A DNA stretch of 64,000 nt from an uncultured Victivallales bacterium (GCA_903837355.1 CAILUI010000291.1:2476-66475); one strand, 5' to 3'. Shown: positions 1-11,600, counted from the first letter of the stretch. Translations and numbers: made by a program. Notes: generated from the letters alone by a model not told the origin.

Positions 1-2289
1 GGCTGGTATGTGGGGTTCAACTCGCTCTTTCAGGCGGCGGCCATTGGCGACGGTGTTCCGGCAACGGGGCAGATATCAGAGCATCCATTCGGTATTCCGT
101 CCGCTTTCCGTGACCATCTCAGGGATATCTTTGACTCCGTGGACGAGCAGGGGCTTGACCACTTTGGCTATAATGAGGCCGGATTCTGCGTAGATGAGAA
201 TCTGGAGATCATCATCGCGTTTTGGAGCTATGTGCTCCATACCGGCGATCAGGATTTCCTACGGAAACAACTGCCGGTGGTGGAGCGAATGCTTGGCTAC
301 TTCATCAACCGCCGCAATGTGGATGGGTTGTTTGACCTCAAGCGCGTGGCGGCCCCGCACTGGTATTACGATACCATAGCCGTTAGCGGAGTGACGACGT
401 ATCACAATGCGCTCTTCTATAAGGCAACATGTGACCTGTCCCAAATGGAGCATGCGGTTGGCAATGAGGCGAAAGTCTCTGAATACGCCATGCTCGCCTC
501 ACAGACTAGAGACGCGGTCAACCGAGTCCTCTGGAAAGAGAATGCTCCGGGAGGGCCGCGTTACCTCGATTGGATCGACGCTCAGGGTCGGGAGGTGAGT
601 TACTTCTGCGATATGTGCCAGTGGCCTGCGCTGGCGTATGGTCTCGCTTCTCCAGAACAAGCCCGCAAAGTCGTGGCCACGGCGGATGCGCGCCTCAAGC
701 AACTCGAGAAGGAGGAAGGCTACAAGGGCTATGCCAGCATGTCCGCGCTGTGGTGCGTGCCGGATTTTGTCAACCCGGAAAGCCTCCGGGCGATGCAGGT
801 TTTCCCGATAGCGATGAACGGGGGAAGTTACCTGGCCATGACCTACTGGGAGATTGTGGGCCGCGCCAAGGCCGGCGACCGCGAAGGGGCCTGGAAGCGA
901 ATGAGGTTGTTTGCGCAGCGCGCCGCCCGTGACGGCTGGGCGGGCTGGAACTGTTTCGGACCGGATGGGGAGCTTGAGGAGCGCGCCCGCGCCGAAAGCG
1001 ACGGCGAGCCCTACCTGGCCGACATGGTCGCCGTGCCCGCCGCGTTGGTGAATGGCATCCTCGGCATCGAACCCACGTGGGACAAACTCAAGGTTCAGCC
1101 ACTGTTGCCCGAGGACTGGAAGGAAGCCTCGGCGGAAATCCTCTATCGCGGCCAGCGGACGCGCGTCACGATCAAGGATGGGAAATCAACCATCACGTCG
1201 GTCGGCTCCCCGGAGCCGATGCCGCAGGCATGGTCGGTGGATGGCAACTTCACCGCCGGCCAGGGCTGGAGCGCTTCGGACACCATCGAGCTTTCGCAAG
1301 GCCGCTTGGTTTCGCTCAAGCAAACTTGCGCGGACGGCGGACTCGCGGGCCTTTGGAGACTCGGGGAGTCTGAGGGGCCGGTGCTCGATTCCGGCCCATA
1401 TGCCCGGCACGGAGCGGTTTCCGCCGGCGCGGTCCAGCGCGGGATTCCTGGCCGCGAGGTCGGCGCCAAAGCCGCGGGCTTTGATGGGGCTTCCGCCATT
1501 TCCGTCCCCGACGACGGCGCGTTCCTCTTTGGGCCGGAGCAGAGTTTCACGCTGCAGGCCTGGTTCAAGACGACAGCGACGGGCAACCAGGTCGTGATCG
1601 CTAAGCCCAGCAGCTATTGCGTGGGTGTCAAAGACGGCAAGCTCAGCGCCTGGGCGTGGGGCGCGGGCGACGTCGTGCGCGAAGCCGTCGGCACGACGCC
1701 GGTGGCCGACGACCGCTGGCACCATATCGCCGCCGTCTTCGACCGTCAGGCGCAGCGACTCGCGCTCTACCTCGATGGCAAGCCCGATGGCATTCCGGCG
1801 GACATTTCTCCGGTCGGCGCATCCACTTCGCCCGCGCCACTGAGCATCGGCGGTCTCGGCAACGACTTCCTGTTCACCGGATCGCTGACGGAGGCCTCGC
1901 TTCGCCGCGGCGCGCTCGCACCGGGGAAATTCAGTTTCCAATCCGCCGACGGGCCTCCCGCCGGCGGCTACCAATTCCAAACCGCCGCCACCGGCACCTA
2001 CGCCAGCCGCGTCTGGGATTGGGGCAGCGCGATTGTAATCGAAGGCGTCGAAGTCGCGACCGCATTGAATGGCGGCCAGGTCACCCTCACCCTTGAAGCC
2101 TCTGGCGACGGATTTGCAGCCGTCAGCCAAAGGGAAACGGTCACGCTCCGCGATGGCGTTCAGCGCTACGCGCTCCCAGCCTTGGACAAACCGCAGCGCT
2201 TCGTGCGGGCGACGCTCACCCTGAAGCCGGGATCACAAGGAATGACCAGCCCGCTCGTCCGCGGCTTCCGCGTGAACGCGAAACACTGA
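1..2289 (+). CDS. 5'-truncated six-hairpin (alpha/alpha)6 glycoside-hydrolase-like protein with C-terminal LamG (concanavalin-A-like) module
   Basis: Frame 1 is open from base 1 (no upstream stop; track ORF 10..2289 starts at an internal GTG) to TGA 2287-2289. The central part (WSYVLHTGDQDFL, GGSYLAMTYWEIVGRAKAGD, GEPYLADMVAVPAALVNGILGI) resembles rhamnosidase-type six-hairpin domains. The C-terminal part (FTLQAWFKT...DDRWHHIAAVFD...LALYLDGK) is a Laminin_G_3-type fold. Confidence 0.8.
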   Translation, partial: GWYVGFNSLFQAAAIGDGVPATGQISEHPFGIPSAFRDHLRDIFDSVDEQGLDHFGYNEAGFCVDENLEIIIAFWSYVLHTGDQDFLRKQLPVVERMLGYFINRRNVDGLFDLKRVAAPHWYYDTIAVSGVTTYHNALFYKATCDLSQMEHAVGNEAKVSEYAMLASQTRDAVNRVLWKENAPGGPRYLDWIDAQGREVSYFCDMCQWPALAYGLASPEQARKVVATADARLKQLEKEEGYKGYASMSALWCVPDFVNPESLRAMQVFPIAMNGGSYLAMTYWEIVGRAKAGDREGAWKRMRLFAQRAARDGWAGWNCFGPDGELEERARAESDGEPYLADMVAVPAALVNGILGIEPTWDKLKVQPLLPEDWKEASAEILYRGQRTRVTIKDGKSTITSVGSPEPMPQAWSVDGNFTAGQGWSASDTIELSQGRLVSLKQTCADGGLAGLWRLGESEGPVLDSGPYARHGAVSAGAVQRGIPGREVGAKAAGFDGASAISVPDDGAFLFGPEQSFTLQAWFKTTATGNQVVIAKPSSYCVGVKDGKLSAWAWGAGDVVREAVGTTPVADDRWHHIAAVFDRQAQRLALYLDGKPDGIPADISPVGASTSPAPLSIGGLGNDFLFTGSLTEASLRRGALAPGKFSFQSADGPPAGGYQFQTAATGTYASRVWDWGSAIVIEGVEVATALNGGQVTLTLEASGDGFAAVSQRETVTLRDGVQRYALPALDKPQRFVRATLTLKPGSQGMTSPLVRGFRVNAKH

Positions 2290-2463
2290 ATGAAGACCCT
2301 ACGAACCAAACTAACAATCCCCGCCCGCCTCGCCGCGCTGGGCGGCCACGCCATGGCCGCGCCTGATGCCGACATCGACGCCCGGGCCTTGCTACCGGGC
2401 CAGCATCGAAGAGGCTCCCGGCTCGCTGCTCCTCGAATACAGGAAGGTGCGGCCAAGCGAGAA

Positions 2464-5400
2464 ATGAACCATGACATTCATCTTCTTCCATCCCCTGGCC
2501 ATGCGGTTGTCCCGCACGGTTCTGCTGGCAGAAAACAGCCTTTGCCGAAAGCGGAGTGCCTGGGCCTGTGGGCCGTTCTGCTGGGGGCGTTCGTGAGCGG
2601 CGGGTTCGTGCAGGCGGAGCCGCTGCGATTCCCCCGGGAGTTTGCGCCGGTTCCAGGTTTCGTCTCCGCCCTGGAGAAGCCGCTGCGCCAGGAGCTGTGC
2701 CTGAACGGGCGCTGGCAGTTCCAGCCGGCGTCCACCCCGGCCGGTTGGATGGCGGGCCAGGACGCGCCGCCCGCGCTGCCGGAACCTGCCGCCCATGGTT
2801 GGGACGCCACGCCCATCAGGATCCCGTCTCCGTGGAACATGAATGCGCTCGATTCGTTCGGGGCCGGCGACGGCGCGGACTACCGGAGTTTTCCGAGCTA
2901 TCCGGCGGCCTGGGAGAAGGTGGAGCTAGCCTGGCTGCGGCGCGAGTTCAAGGTGCCAGAAGACTGGGGAGACCGGCGGATCGTGCTCCATTTCGAAGCG
3001 GTCTCGGGTGATTGCGAGGTGCGGGTCAACGGCCAGGTGCTGGCCCGCAATGGCGACAAGTTCCTGCCCTTCGACGTGGACGTGACCGCTGCCGTGCGCT
3101 TCGCCGCGCCGAACGAGTTGCTCGTCGGCGTGCGGGCCATGCGCTTCTTCAACCTGCCTGGGCGCTTTGGCCAGTTCACCCACCCGACCGGGGCCTGGTG
3201 GGCGGGCGAGAACGGCGCGGCGGGCATCTTCGGCATCTGGCAGGATGTCTTCCTGCTGGGGCTGCCGCCCCTGAGGGCGCAGGATGTCTTCGTCCTGTCG
3301 CTGCTGACGGAGAATCTGCTCCGGGCGGAGATCGGGCTGCGCAACGAGACGGGGAGGGCCTGCGACCTGAGCGTGGAGGCGAGGGTCGTGCCGTGGCTTC
3401 CTTCCGGTGAGGCCGATGTGCTGACCGCACCCGAGCGGCGCGGCGGATTCGGCGACACGGTGGTGCTTGCGTTCGCTCAGCCTGCTGCCGCCCGCGTCGA
3501 GCCCGGTGCCACGACCTCCGTGCGGCTGGATCAGGCGATCCATGGCGAGCTCTCGCTCTGGAGCCCGGAGTCGCCGAACCTCTATGGCCTCGTCGTTGAG
3601 GTCAAGTCCGGCGGCAAGGTCGTTGACCGGCTCGTGACGCGGTTCGGCTGGCGGCAGTTCGGCTTCGATGGCAGCCAGCGGTTCACGCTCAACGGCAAAG
3701 CGCGGCGCCTGAACATCGAGCTCTGCCATTTTTTTGGCGTCGCCCACCTCAGCCCGCGTCACGCCCTGGCTTGGTATCGCATGCTCAAGGACTGCAACAT
3801 CAATGCCGTCCGCCTGCACGCCATGCCCTATCCGCGCTTCTATCTCGAGCTCGCGGATGAGCTGGGGATCCTGGTTCACGACGAGACCGCCATTTACGGT
3901 AGCCATGCGAACTTCAACCTTGATGCGCCCGTCACCTGGGAGCGGTTTGCCGGGCACCTCGAGCGCCTGGTGCGGCGCGACCGGAACCATGCCTCCGTTT
4001 TCGGCTGGAGCGTGGAGAACGAAATCCTCAACGCGCTCAAGATCAGAACCCAGGACACGAAGGAGCACGCTGCCGTGCGCGACCGCTTCGTGCCCTTGGT
4101 GGAGAGCGTCCGGCGGCTCGACCCCACCCGGCCGTGGATCTCTTCCGATGGCGGGTATGAGTGGGGCGACATCTACCCAGTGGTGCTCGCGCACTATGGC
4201 CCCGGGGCGGACTACTACCGCAACTACGAGCGCACCGGAAAGCCGTGGGGAGTGACCGAGGCCACCTACCTGTGGGGGCGGATGCCCTCGGAGGTGAGCC
4301 GCTACAATGGCGAGCGCGCCTACGAAAGCTGGCACGGACGGGTCGAGGGAATGGCGTTCGAGGTGTGGGATGAGCTGGTGGAGAAGCAGATCAAGCCGTT
4401 TCCCACTATCAGCGTCGTCTCGGTTTACGACGTCACCTACTACGGCCTCTGGCCGCAGCCTCTTGGCCTGGCCGACCTCACGAAGCCCCCGACCCTTGAG
4501 GATGGCGTCCACTTCTCCGCGCCCTATGTGGAAGGCAAGCCGGGCATCCAGCCGGAACGCCTCGGGCCCTATGCCACGATGCTCAATCCGGGCTACGATC
4601 CTGGCCTGCCGCTGTATCAGCCCTCGCCGGTCTTTGATGCGGCGCGTGCTGCCTATGCCGCAGAGCGCCCGGAGCAGTTTCCCCGGCGACTGTTCGAGAA
4701 CCCAGACGCTCCGGTGCAGCCCGGCCCGCCGCCGCCGCTGGCCAACGCTGGCCAGATCACGCGGGTGGCTTTCCTTGGCGATGCCTCCGGCGTGCTCGCC
4801 AAGTCGCTCGAGAGGGCAGGTGTACCCTTGGAGCCGGACCTCGCTGGCTCTGCCCTCGTGCTGGTGGTGGACACCGGTAGCCTGCCCATGCCGGCTTTCG
4901 CTGTGCGCACCCGAGTTGACGAAGCGCTCACCGCTGGCGGCACCGTGCTGGTTTGGGGCCTGACCCCGGAAACGCTCGCCACTGCCAACGCGCTGTTGCC
5001 TGAGGCGGTGCGCCTCTCCCCCCGCTCCGCCAGTTCGCTCTTGCCGGACGGTCACGACGCGCTTGCCGCCGCGCTGCGTCCCAGCCGGTGCTATTTCAGC
5101 GAAGCTGCTGAAGGAAGGACGATCATGAAACAGGGGCTCGCGGGGCCGCTGGTTGAGAAGGGCCGCACGGTGCTGCGTGCGGCGGACATCAACTGGGAGC
5201 TCTGGCGCGACCGTCAGGAACCGCTCAAGGTCGCTGCCGCGGTCCGCTCGGAGCGCGAGGCGAAGCCGCCCGCCGCGGCCCTGGTGGAGGTCCCCGCCGG
5301 CAAGGGCCGCCTCCTCGTGAGCAGCCTGGAGTCCGCCGCACCCACCCCGGGCCATGTCGAGTTCTTCCGGGCTCTTTTCATTGGGCTGGGCGTTCGCCTG

Positions 5401-6000
5401 CTGGAGCCTGAGGCGATCTCCGGTGGGATCCTGGATGCCAAGGGCGGCGTCACGCGGGTGCTGGTGGCCGGCCCCTTCACGGGATCCAGCTACGAGGAGG
5501 CGCTCGACAAGGAATTCCTCGGCAACGAGGAGTGCCGCGATCCGCAGCCCGGCGCTGCCGCAGGCGGCAGTTCGTGGCGGGAGATGCAGGCGTCCCCGGC
5601 CGGGGTCTTTGAACTCAACCGTCTGGAGAACGACGCCGAGGCGAGGAACAAGGCCGCCTTCCTCAGCTTCTGGCTCTTCAGCCCGCGCTCGGACAACCTC
5701 ATGGAGGGCGGCGTCCTCCTCGATCATTCACAGGGCGCGAAGGTGGAGCTTCTCGCCGGAAGTGACGACGGCGCGAAAGTCTGGCTCAACCGCAAGCCCG
5801 TCCTGGAGAACCGCGGCAAGAATCCGCTGCAAGCGGAGCAATACAAGCTCACGGGGCTGCCCCTGGAACAGGGCTGGAACCACTTCCTGGTCAGGGTGGC
5901 GAACGACCGCGGAGGCTGGCAATTCCAGGCACGCCTCCAGTGTCGGTATCCCACGCTGGCCCCGCTGCTGCGGACGGCCGTGGCCCGACCGGCGCCATGA
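2464..6000 (+). CDS. secreted glycoside hydrolase family 2 (beta-galactosidase/mannosidase-like) with long C-terminal accessory region
   Basis: GH2 sugar-binding domain (WLRREFKVPEDWGDRRIVLHFEAVSGDCEVRVNGQ...FLPFDVDVT). TIM-barrel acid/base motif RDRNHASVFGWSVENEI. Hydrophobic signal-like segment LGLWAVLLGAFVSGGFVQA. The start is uncertain: ATG 2464 is chosen because it lies closest to the signal segment, and ATG 2290 directly after the upstream stop is also possible. Confidence 0.8.
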   Translation: MNHDIHLLPSPGHAVVPHGSAGRKQPLPKAECLGLWAVLLGAFVSGGFVQAEPLRFPREFAPVPGFVSALEKPLRQELCLNGRWQFQPASTPAGWMAGQDAPPALPEPAAHGWDATPIRIPSPWNMNALDSFGAGDGADYRSFPSYPAAWEKVELAWLRREFKVPEDWGDRRIVLHFEAVSGDCEVRVNGQVLARNGDKFLPFDVDVTAAVRFAAPNELLVGVRAMRFFNLPGRFGQFTHPTGAWWAGENGAAGIFGIWQDVFLLGLPPLRAQDVFVLSLLTENLLRAEIGLRNETGRACDLSVEARVVPWLPSGEADVLTAPERRGGFGDTVVLAFAQPAAARVEPGATTSVRLDQAIHGELSLWSPESPNLYGLVVEVKSGGKVVDRLVTRFGWRQFGFDGSQRFTLNGKARRLNIELCHFFGVAHLSPRHALAWYRMLKDCNINAVRLHAMPYPRFYLELADELGILVHDETAIYGSHANFNLDAPVTWERFAGHLERLVRRDRNHASVFGWSVENEILNALKIRTQDTKEHAAVRDRFVPLVESVRRLDPTRPWISSDGGYEWGDIYPVVLAHYGPGADYYRNYERTGKPWGVTEATYLWGRMPSEVSRYNGERAYESWHGRVEGMAFEVWDELVEKQIKPFPTISVVSVYDVTYYGLWPQPLGLADLTKPPTLEDGVHFSAPYVEGKPGIQPERLGPYATMLNPGYDPGLPLYQPSPVFDAARAAYAAERPEQFPRRLFENPDAPVQPGPPPPLANAGQITRVAFLGDASGVLAKSLERAGVPLEPDLAGSALVLVVDTGSLPMPAFAVRTRVDEALTAGGTVLVWGLTPETLATANALLPEAVRLSPRSASSLLPDGHDALAAALRPSRCYFSEAAEGRTIMKQGLAGPLVEKGRTVLRAADINWELWRDRQEPLKVAAAVRSEREAKPPAAALVEVPAGKGRLLVSSLESAAPTPGHVEFFRALFIGLGVRLLEPEAISGGILDAKGGVTRVLVAGPFTGSSYEEALDKEFLGNEECRDPQPGAAAGGSSWREMQASPAGVFELNRLENDAEARNKAAFLSFWLFSPRSDNLMEGGVLLDHSQGAKVELLAGSDDGAKVWLNRKPVLENRGKNPLQAEQYKLTGLPLEQGWNHFLVRVANDRGGWQFQARLQCRYPTLAPLLRTAVARPAP

Positions 6001-8573
6001 ATCCTCACATGACGAACAACAGATCAACATCCCTTCTCTGCGGTTTGGGCGCCGCGCTTTGTCTCGCCACCTTTGTGCGGGCGGAGAACCTGATGCTTGA
6101 CAACGCCAGTTTTGCGCAAGGCCTTGCCGGGTGGACGGCAAATGGCTGGGGCAATGACACGCCCGGCATGGTTTATTCCACCACCCCGGGCACCTATCTC
6201 TACCAGACCGTGCCAGCGCATGCCATCAGCGCGGACACGCTGCGGTACACCGTCAAGGTCAGGATCGGCTCGATGGATCCGCTCTCCGGGTGGGGATTCC
6301 CCGTGATGACGGTAAATCTGGTGACGCATGGAGCTGGCGAGGGGTTTGTGAATGCGGGGTCGAGGCGAATCACCGTGCCACGCGAGTATGTCGGCGAGTG
6401 GCAAGAGAGAACCTGGACCCTGGCTGCCGACGCGGTCGGGAAAAACCTGGCGGTCTCGTTCAACCTGGAGGGCGCACAGAACGGCCAGGTCGCCGTTCAT
6501 CTGTATGAGGTCCAGATCGCCTGCGAAGCGGGCATCCCCCCGCTCTCCCTGCGCGCCGAGCGCCGCTGGCCGGCGGCGACCGTGCCGCGCCCGATTGCGG
6601 AAGGCCCCTTTGCGGGGCTATACCGCCAGGGCCCGCCCGGCGATGTCTCGGCCCTGCGCGTTGATTTTGATGCCGTAAGCGGCGCCTTGGTCCATCTGGG
6701 CGTGGATACCGAAGGCGGCGGACGCGAGAGGCTGAACCTGCTGCGCGAACCGGCGGCGGTTCGCACCGGTGCAGCGGCGAGCCAGCGGCTGCTCGCGGAC
6801 GGCAAGGTCGTGGCGTCCGCGCCCGCCCGAGTGAAGGTGGACTACGCGGGCGCGGCGCTGGAATGGGAAGCGGGAGTGCCCGCTGGCGGGCTCACGCTCA
6901 CCGTCGCCACTCCGGCGGAATCGAAGGACGAGGTCGAACTGTGGCTGCCGCTGCGGCCCGCGCTTTGCGCCGTCACGATTCTCGGCGGGCAGTGGGATAA
7001 GGACGGCACGGTGCGCCCGCCATTTCTGCTCAACGCCCCCGATCTCGGGCTGGTGCTGGTCAAGGTCACGCCCGCCGATGCCGGCCTCGCCCGGATTCAG
7101 GGAATGCGGGATGGCATGGGTACCCGCAACAACACCCTCGACCTGTCGCTGATTTCGAAGGCGACCTCCGGCAAGACGGTGGCCTGGAGCGTCGAGCCCG
7201 TGCAGCTTCCGCCGCCGGAGGGCTTGAAAGACATCGCGCTTTGGCCAGCCGTCCGGCGCGGTTGGCTCAACGTGTTGCAGGCGACCGCGCCGTGGGGAGA
7301 CGCCTCCAGCACCGTCTCGGCCCCGCCCGGCCTGTATGCCAACAACGTGCTGAGCGATCTGGTGAGCGGACTGATGGCCTACTGGGGCGACGCGGTGCTC
7401 CTCTCGCCGGCTTTGCCGAAGGGAATCGAGCTCAACGAAGCGCTGCGCCGGACGGTGGACTTCTTCCTGATCCGGGAGTTTCCGATGGTGGCGACCCACC
7501 CGCGCCTGAAGCTCATCCGCAGCGAGGCGGAGATCGCGGCGCTCGGAAATTCCACGGTGATGGTTTCCGCGGAGACCGACGGGGTCGTGCCGTGCTACCA
7601 CGACCATATCCAGATGTTCGATGGCATCACGGGCACGCTGACCGGAGCCTGGAATGTGTGGCGGACGGATGGCAACAACCGTTGGCTCGTCACGCGCTGG
7701 GAGGTGTTGGAGAAGCTGGCCGGATTCCTTGAGCGCCACGACACCGATGGCGACGGCCTGGTGGAATCTCCCAACAGCGGCAACGAGGGGACCTTCGCGA
7801 TGGAGTTCGGTTCCGGTTCCAGCGCCAACGACTGCGTCAACGCGGGCCACAAGGACGCCTTCATCAACATCCAGGTTTATCGCGCCTGGCGCGGCCTGGC
7901 GGAGATGGCGGCGGCCCTCGGCCACCCGGAGCGGGCCGCCCATTGGCGCGAGCGGGCCGCCAAGCTCCAGGCCGCATTCCGACCGTGCTTCTACAACCCG
8001 GAAACCGGCTGGCTCGGTTGGTGGCGCAGCCGCGACGGCGTGTTGCACGACTATGCCTCCCCGTGGGTCACCGGCTATGCGGTGAAATGCGGGCTGCTTT
8101 CTCCCGCGGCGGGCCGACCGATGCTGGAAAAACTCTGGGCGAAGATCGATGAGGTGGGGTTCGCCCGCTCTGACCTCGGCACCCCCGTCACGCTCCTGCC
8201 GATTAAGCCCGGCGACTACCACTTCGGGCCAGGCGGCGACCGCACGGTAGCGGCCCATGCGTTCAAGCACTACCTGAATGGCGGGTGCTGCGTCTCGGAC
8301 ACGTTCCACTTTCTGGTCGCCTCCCACATGGCCGGCCTCGGCGACCGCGCTGACCGCATGCTGGCCGCCATGCTGCAGCGACAATGGGCGGGCGTCCATG
8401 AGAACGGCGGTGGATTTCAGAACGGGATTGGCGGCGGCGGCGAGTTCTATACCTGGGAGGGCACCCCGTGCGGCTATGAGGGGCACCTGACCTATAGTTA
8501 CACGTTCCTGCAGGCCGTGCTGCTCCGCGAGCCCGCCTTCCGCCTGGGGCTCTATGGGAATCTCTACGATTGA
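5997..8573 (+). CDS. secreted six-hairpin glycosidase-like protein (unassigned GH family) with N-terminal beta-sandwich region
   Basis: ATG 5997 overlaps the upstream stop (ATGA) and is followed by the signal peptide MNPHMTNNRSTSLLCGLGAALCLATFVRA. The C-terminal half (HDTDGDGLVESPNSGNEGT, YRAWRGLAEMAAALGHPERAAHWRERAAKL, YLNGGCCVSDTFHFL) is typical of (alpha/alpha)6 glycosidases. Family not assignable by eye. Confidence 0.75.
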   Translation: MNPHMTNNRSTSLLCGLGAALCLATFVRAENLMLDNASFAQGLAGWTANGWGNDTPGMVYSTTPGTYLYQTVPAHAISADTLRYTVKVRIGSMDPLSGWGFPVMTVNLVTHGAGEGFVNAGSRRITVPREYVGEWQERTWTLAADAVGKNLAVSFNLEGAQNGQVAVHLYEVQIACEAGIPPLSLRAERRWPAATVPRPIAEGPFAGLYRQGPPGDVSALRVDFDAVSGALVHLGVDTEGGGRERLNLLREPAAVRTGAAASQRLLADGKVVASAPARVKVDYAGAALEWEAGVPAGGLTLTVATPAESKDEVELWLPLRPALCAVTILGGQWDKDGTVRPPFLLNAPDLGLVLVKVTPADAGLARIQGMRDGMGTRNNTLDLSLISKATSGKTVAWSVEPVQLPPPEGLKDIALWPAVRRGWLNVLQATAPWGDASSTVSAPPGLYANNVLSDLVSGLMAYWGDAVLLSPALPKGIELNEALRRTVDFFLIREFPMVATHPRLKLIRSEAEIAALGNSTVMVSAETDGVVPCYHDHIQMFDGITGTLTGAWNVWRTDGNNRWLVTRWEVLEKLAGFLERHDTDGDGLVESPNSGNEGTFAMEFGSGSSANDCVNAGHKDAFINIQVYRAWRGLAEMAAALGHPERAAHWRERAAKLQAAFRPCFYNPETGWLGWWRSRDGVLHDYASPWVTGYAVKCGLLSPAAGRPMLEKLWAKIDEVGFARSDLGTPVTLLPIKPGDYHFGPGGDRTVAAHAFKHYLNGGCCVSDTFHFLVASHMAGLGDRADRMLAAMLQRQWAGVHENGGGFQNGIGGGGEFYTWEGTPCGYEGHLTYSYTFLQAVLLREPAFRLGLYGNLYD

Positions 8574-8639
8574 GATCCGTTAGTCTAGTCAGCGGCTATG
8601 GGGGTTCGTCTCCGACCCAAGCGGATGGAAGGATGTAGC

Positions 8640-11600
8640 ATGAGAGTTCAGCATGTGCTTTGCGTTCTGTGTTCGCTCGGCAGCCAGGTGTTCGCGGCCG
8701 ACGCGCCGGCCCCGGGCGGCAGCGTTGTGGTGGCGGACTACCCGTTCGACGGTGACGCCAGGGATATCTCCGGCAGTGGCCGTGATGGGACTCTGCATGG
8801 TAAGCCCGCCTTCGCGCCCGGCAAGACCGGTTCGAGCATCGTTCTTGACGGGGAGCACGATTTCGTCGATTGCGGTCTCTGGCCCGTGGACTTGGCACGG
8901 GAGTTCACCATCGAGTGCTGGGTCAAGCCGGAGGCCAAACAGAACCCGTGCGCCGACCTCTTCGGCAATCACTACCATGGTGCCTTGGGCATTGCCCTGG
9001 AACAGGCAGGGGGCAACACCAACCAGTTTGCGGCCCACTATGGGGCAGGGGAGGGTCGCTGGGTCTCGACGCCGCCGGTCAGACTCGTGGCCGAGCGCTG
9101 GCAGCACGTGGCGGTGGTGAAGAGCGCTGCCGAGCTGCGCCTCTATGTGAACGGCATCCTGCTGGGGGCGGCGCGCGACTCGGCGCCGATGGCAGCCTCG
9201 CCGCAGCCCTTCCGCATTGGCCAATCGCTGGGGATGGACACGCGCTGCTTCCGCGGCCAGGTCGGCAGGTTCCGCGTCCACCGTCAGGCGCTCAGCGAGT
9301 TTCGCGAGGAGATAGCTGCCGAGGACCGCCTGGAGACGATCGTCGGCAACTTCGGGCTGACCGTCCGCCCCGGCGTCGCTTCCCGCGTCTTCGATCGGGA
9401 GCACCCGCCTGAGGTCGAGCTCGGCTATGCCGGGCCGGAGGTGCCGCAAGCCGTCGAACTCATCACGGCCAGCCTCCAGTGTGTCGATCTCACGGGGAGG
9501 GTGGAGTCGCTCGCGCCGGTGAGCCTCAGTGCCAAGGACGGGTTCAAGGCGAAGGTCCAGTTGGCGTTGGGCGAGGGGTACTACCGGCTGACGGTAACAC
9601 CCACGTTGCTGGCGGGCGGGGTGCGCCGGGCGCTGCCGCCGAGTTCGTGCTCCTTTGCCGTGCGGGTCGGCCGCGAGGAGGTGCTGGCCGCGAGTGCCGC
9701 TGCCACGCCGGCGCCCGACCGCGGGCCGACATCGCCTGGCGCCGCGACCAGCGCGCCGACGCGGGTGCTGTCGCTGGATGGCGACGGCTGGCAGCTCGCC
9801 GTGGACCCGCAGAACGTGGGTCGGCAGGACGGCTGGGCCAGCGCTGCGCGGCCCGCGGCCAAGCCGACCAAAGTGCCCTGGATCATCCAGGACGTGTTCC
9901 CCGATTACCACGGCGTCGCGTGGTACTGGCGGGAGTTCGCGGCGCCGGCCAACCCACATGCGGAGGGTCGCACCATCCTCCGCTTCGCGGCGGTGGACTA
10001 CCTGGCCGAGGTCTGGCTCAATGGCACGCCGGTGGGCGGCCATGAAGGCGCCGAGGACCCGTTTGAATTGGACGTGACGGCGGCGCTCCGCCCCGGCGCC
10101 GCCAATCTTCTGGCGGTGCGTGTGGTCAGTCCTACCCACGAGCCTATCGACGGGATCGCCCTGGCCGCTACGCCGCGCAGTTGTCGGACCTACCCGGTCA
10201 CCCCCGGCACGACCTACAGCGTCGGCGGGATCGTGGACTCCGTGGAGCTGCTGAGCGCGCCTGCGGTCCGTATCGAGAACCTCTACGTGAAGCCGGACTG
10301 GCGGAGCGGCCGCGTCGAGATCGAGGCTAACCTGCGCAACGCTGCGCCCGGGCCCCTCCGCACCACCCTGCGCTTGACGATCGGCCCGGCCAGCGGTGGC
10401 GAGACCCTCGACGGCCTCACCTTCGACCGCGAACTCCGGTCCGGCGACACGCTGGTACGCGGCCACGTACAGGTTGCTCAGCCGCGCCTGTGGAACCTGG
10501 AAGACCCGTTTCTGTACCGCGTGACCGCGCAGGCTGCGCTCACCAATTCACCCTCCTGCGACGAGCGCTCCACACGCTGCGGCTTCCGCGATTTCCGCTA
10601 TCAGAACGATGCCTTCCGGCTGAATGGTCGGCGGCTCTATCTGCAGGGAGCGCTGATTCTGCCGCACTACCCGGTCGGCTTTCGCCTGTCGCCGCGCGTC
10701 GACACCCTGCGGCGCGACCTGCAGGCGTACAAGGCCATGGGGCTGAACACCTGTCGCATCATCTGGGGCGGCCTGCGGGCCCGCGATCTCGATCTCTTCG
10801 ACGAGATGGGAATCCTGGTCCAACAGGAACACTACGGCGCCATCCAGATGGCCGACACGCCGGAGATGCCCGGCCGCTTTGACGCCTCGCTCGCCGGCGT
10901 GCTGCGCCGTGACCGCAACCACCCCAGCATCGTCATCTGGTGCCTGCTTAATGAGATCAGCGCTGGCCCGCAGTTCCAGCATGCCGTCGAGAGCCTGCCA
11001 CTGGTGAAGTACCTCGACGACACCCGCGTCGTGTGGCTTAACAGCGGCGGCTTTGACATGCAGTTGGCGCAGGGCTCGGTGAGCAACCCTGGGTCGACCG
11101 GTTGGGAGTATCTGCTGGGGAACGAGCGGCCGGATGGCCCCGTCACCAGCCACGCCATGAGCGGCGGGCAAGCCGAGATCAAGGCCGATATCCATCCCTA
11201 CCAACCGGTACCGCATACGGCTGTGGAGATCGAGCGCATGCGGACCCTGGGCGCCCGCGCCAACGGCCGCAAGATCATGATCACCGAGATCGGCACCGGC
11301 TGTGCGGTCAACCTCCCCCGCTTTGCCCGGCACTACGAACAGATGGGCGCCGAGTCCGCCGACGATGCGCGCTACTACCGCGACAAACTCGAGCAGTTCC
11401 TCGCCGACTGGCAGACGTGGGACCTCGGCCGTATCTGGCCGCGCCCCGAGGATTACTTCAGCGACAGCGAGCGGAACATGGTCAGGCTCCGCCGCGAAAC
11501 CGGCAACGCGTTGCGGGCCAATCCCTACCTGGCGGGCAGCTACTTCTGCGCGCTGCCCGATTCCGACTTCAACGGCATTGGGTTGCTCAACTCCTTCCGC

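Noticed and set aside
2290-2463. N-terminal 58-codon extension of the first GH2 gene (ATG 2290 abutting the upstream stop).
   Set aside because: The translation (MKTLRTKLTIPARLAALGGHAMAAPDADIDARALLPGQHRRGSRLAAPR...) precedes the real signal-like hydrophobic segment by about 90 residues, so an internal start (2464) is more plausible. It is not excluded, and the boundary is flagged as uncertain.
2926-5727. Very long ORFs antisense or out of frame to the annotated genes. Examples: 2926..5727(-), 6618..8486(-), 8589..10466(-), 10548..12701(-), 14356..17121(-), 17136..20198(-), 23940..25280(+), 25528..26955(+), 48226..50280(+), 52409..54364(+), 56736..58013(+), 61278..62633(-), 62584..63984(-).
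   Set aside because: Their translations are Arg/Ala/Gly/Pro-rich low-complexity strings without motifs, while the opposite strand or frame encodes proteins with clear family signatures. Long stop-free antisense frames are expected at this GC content.
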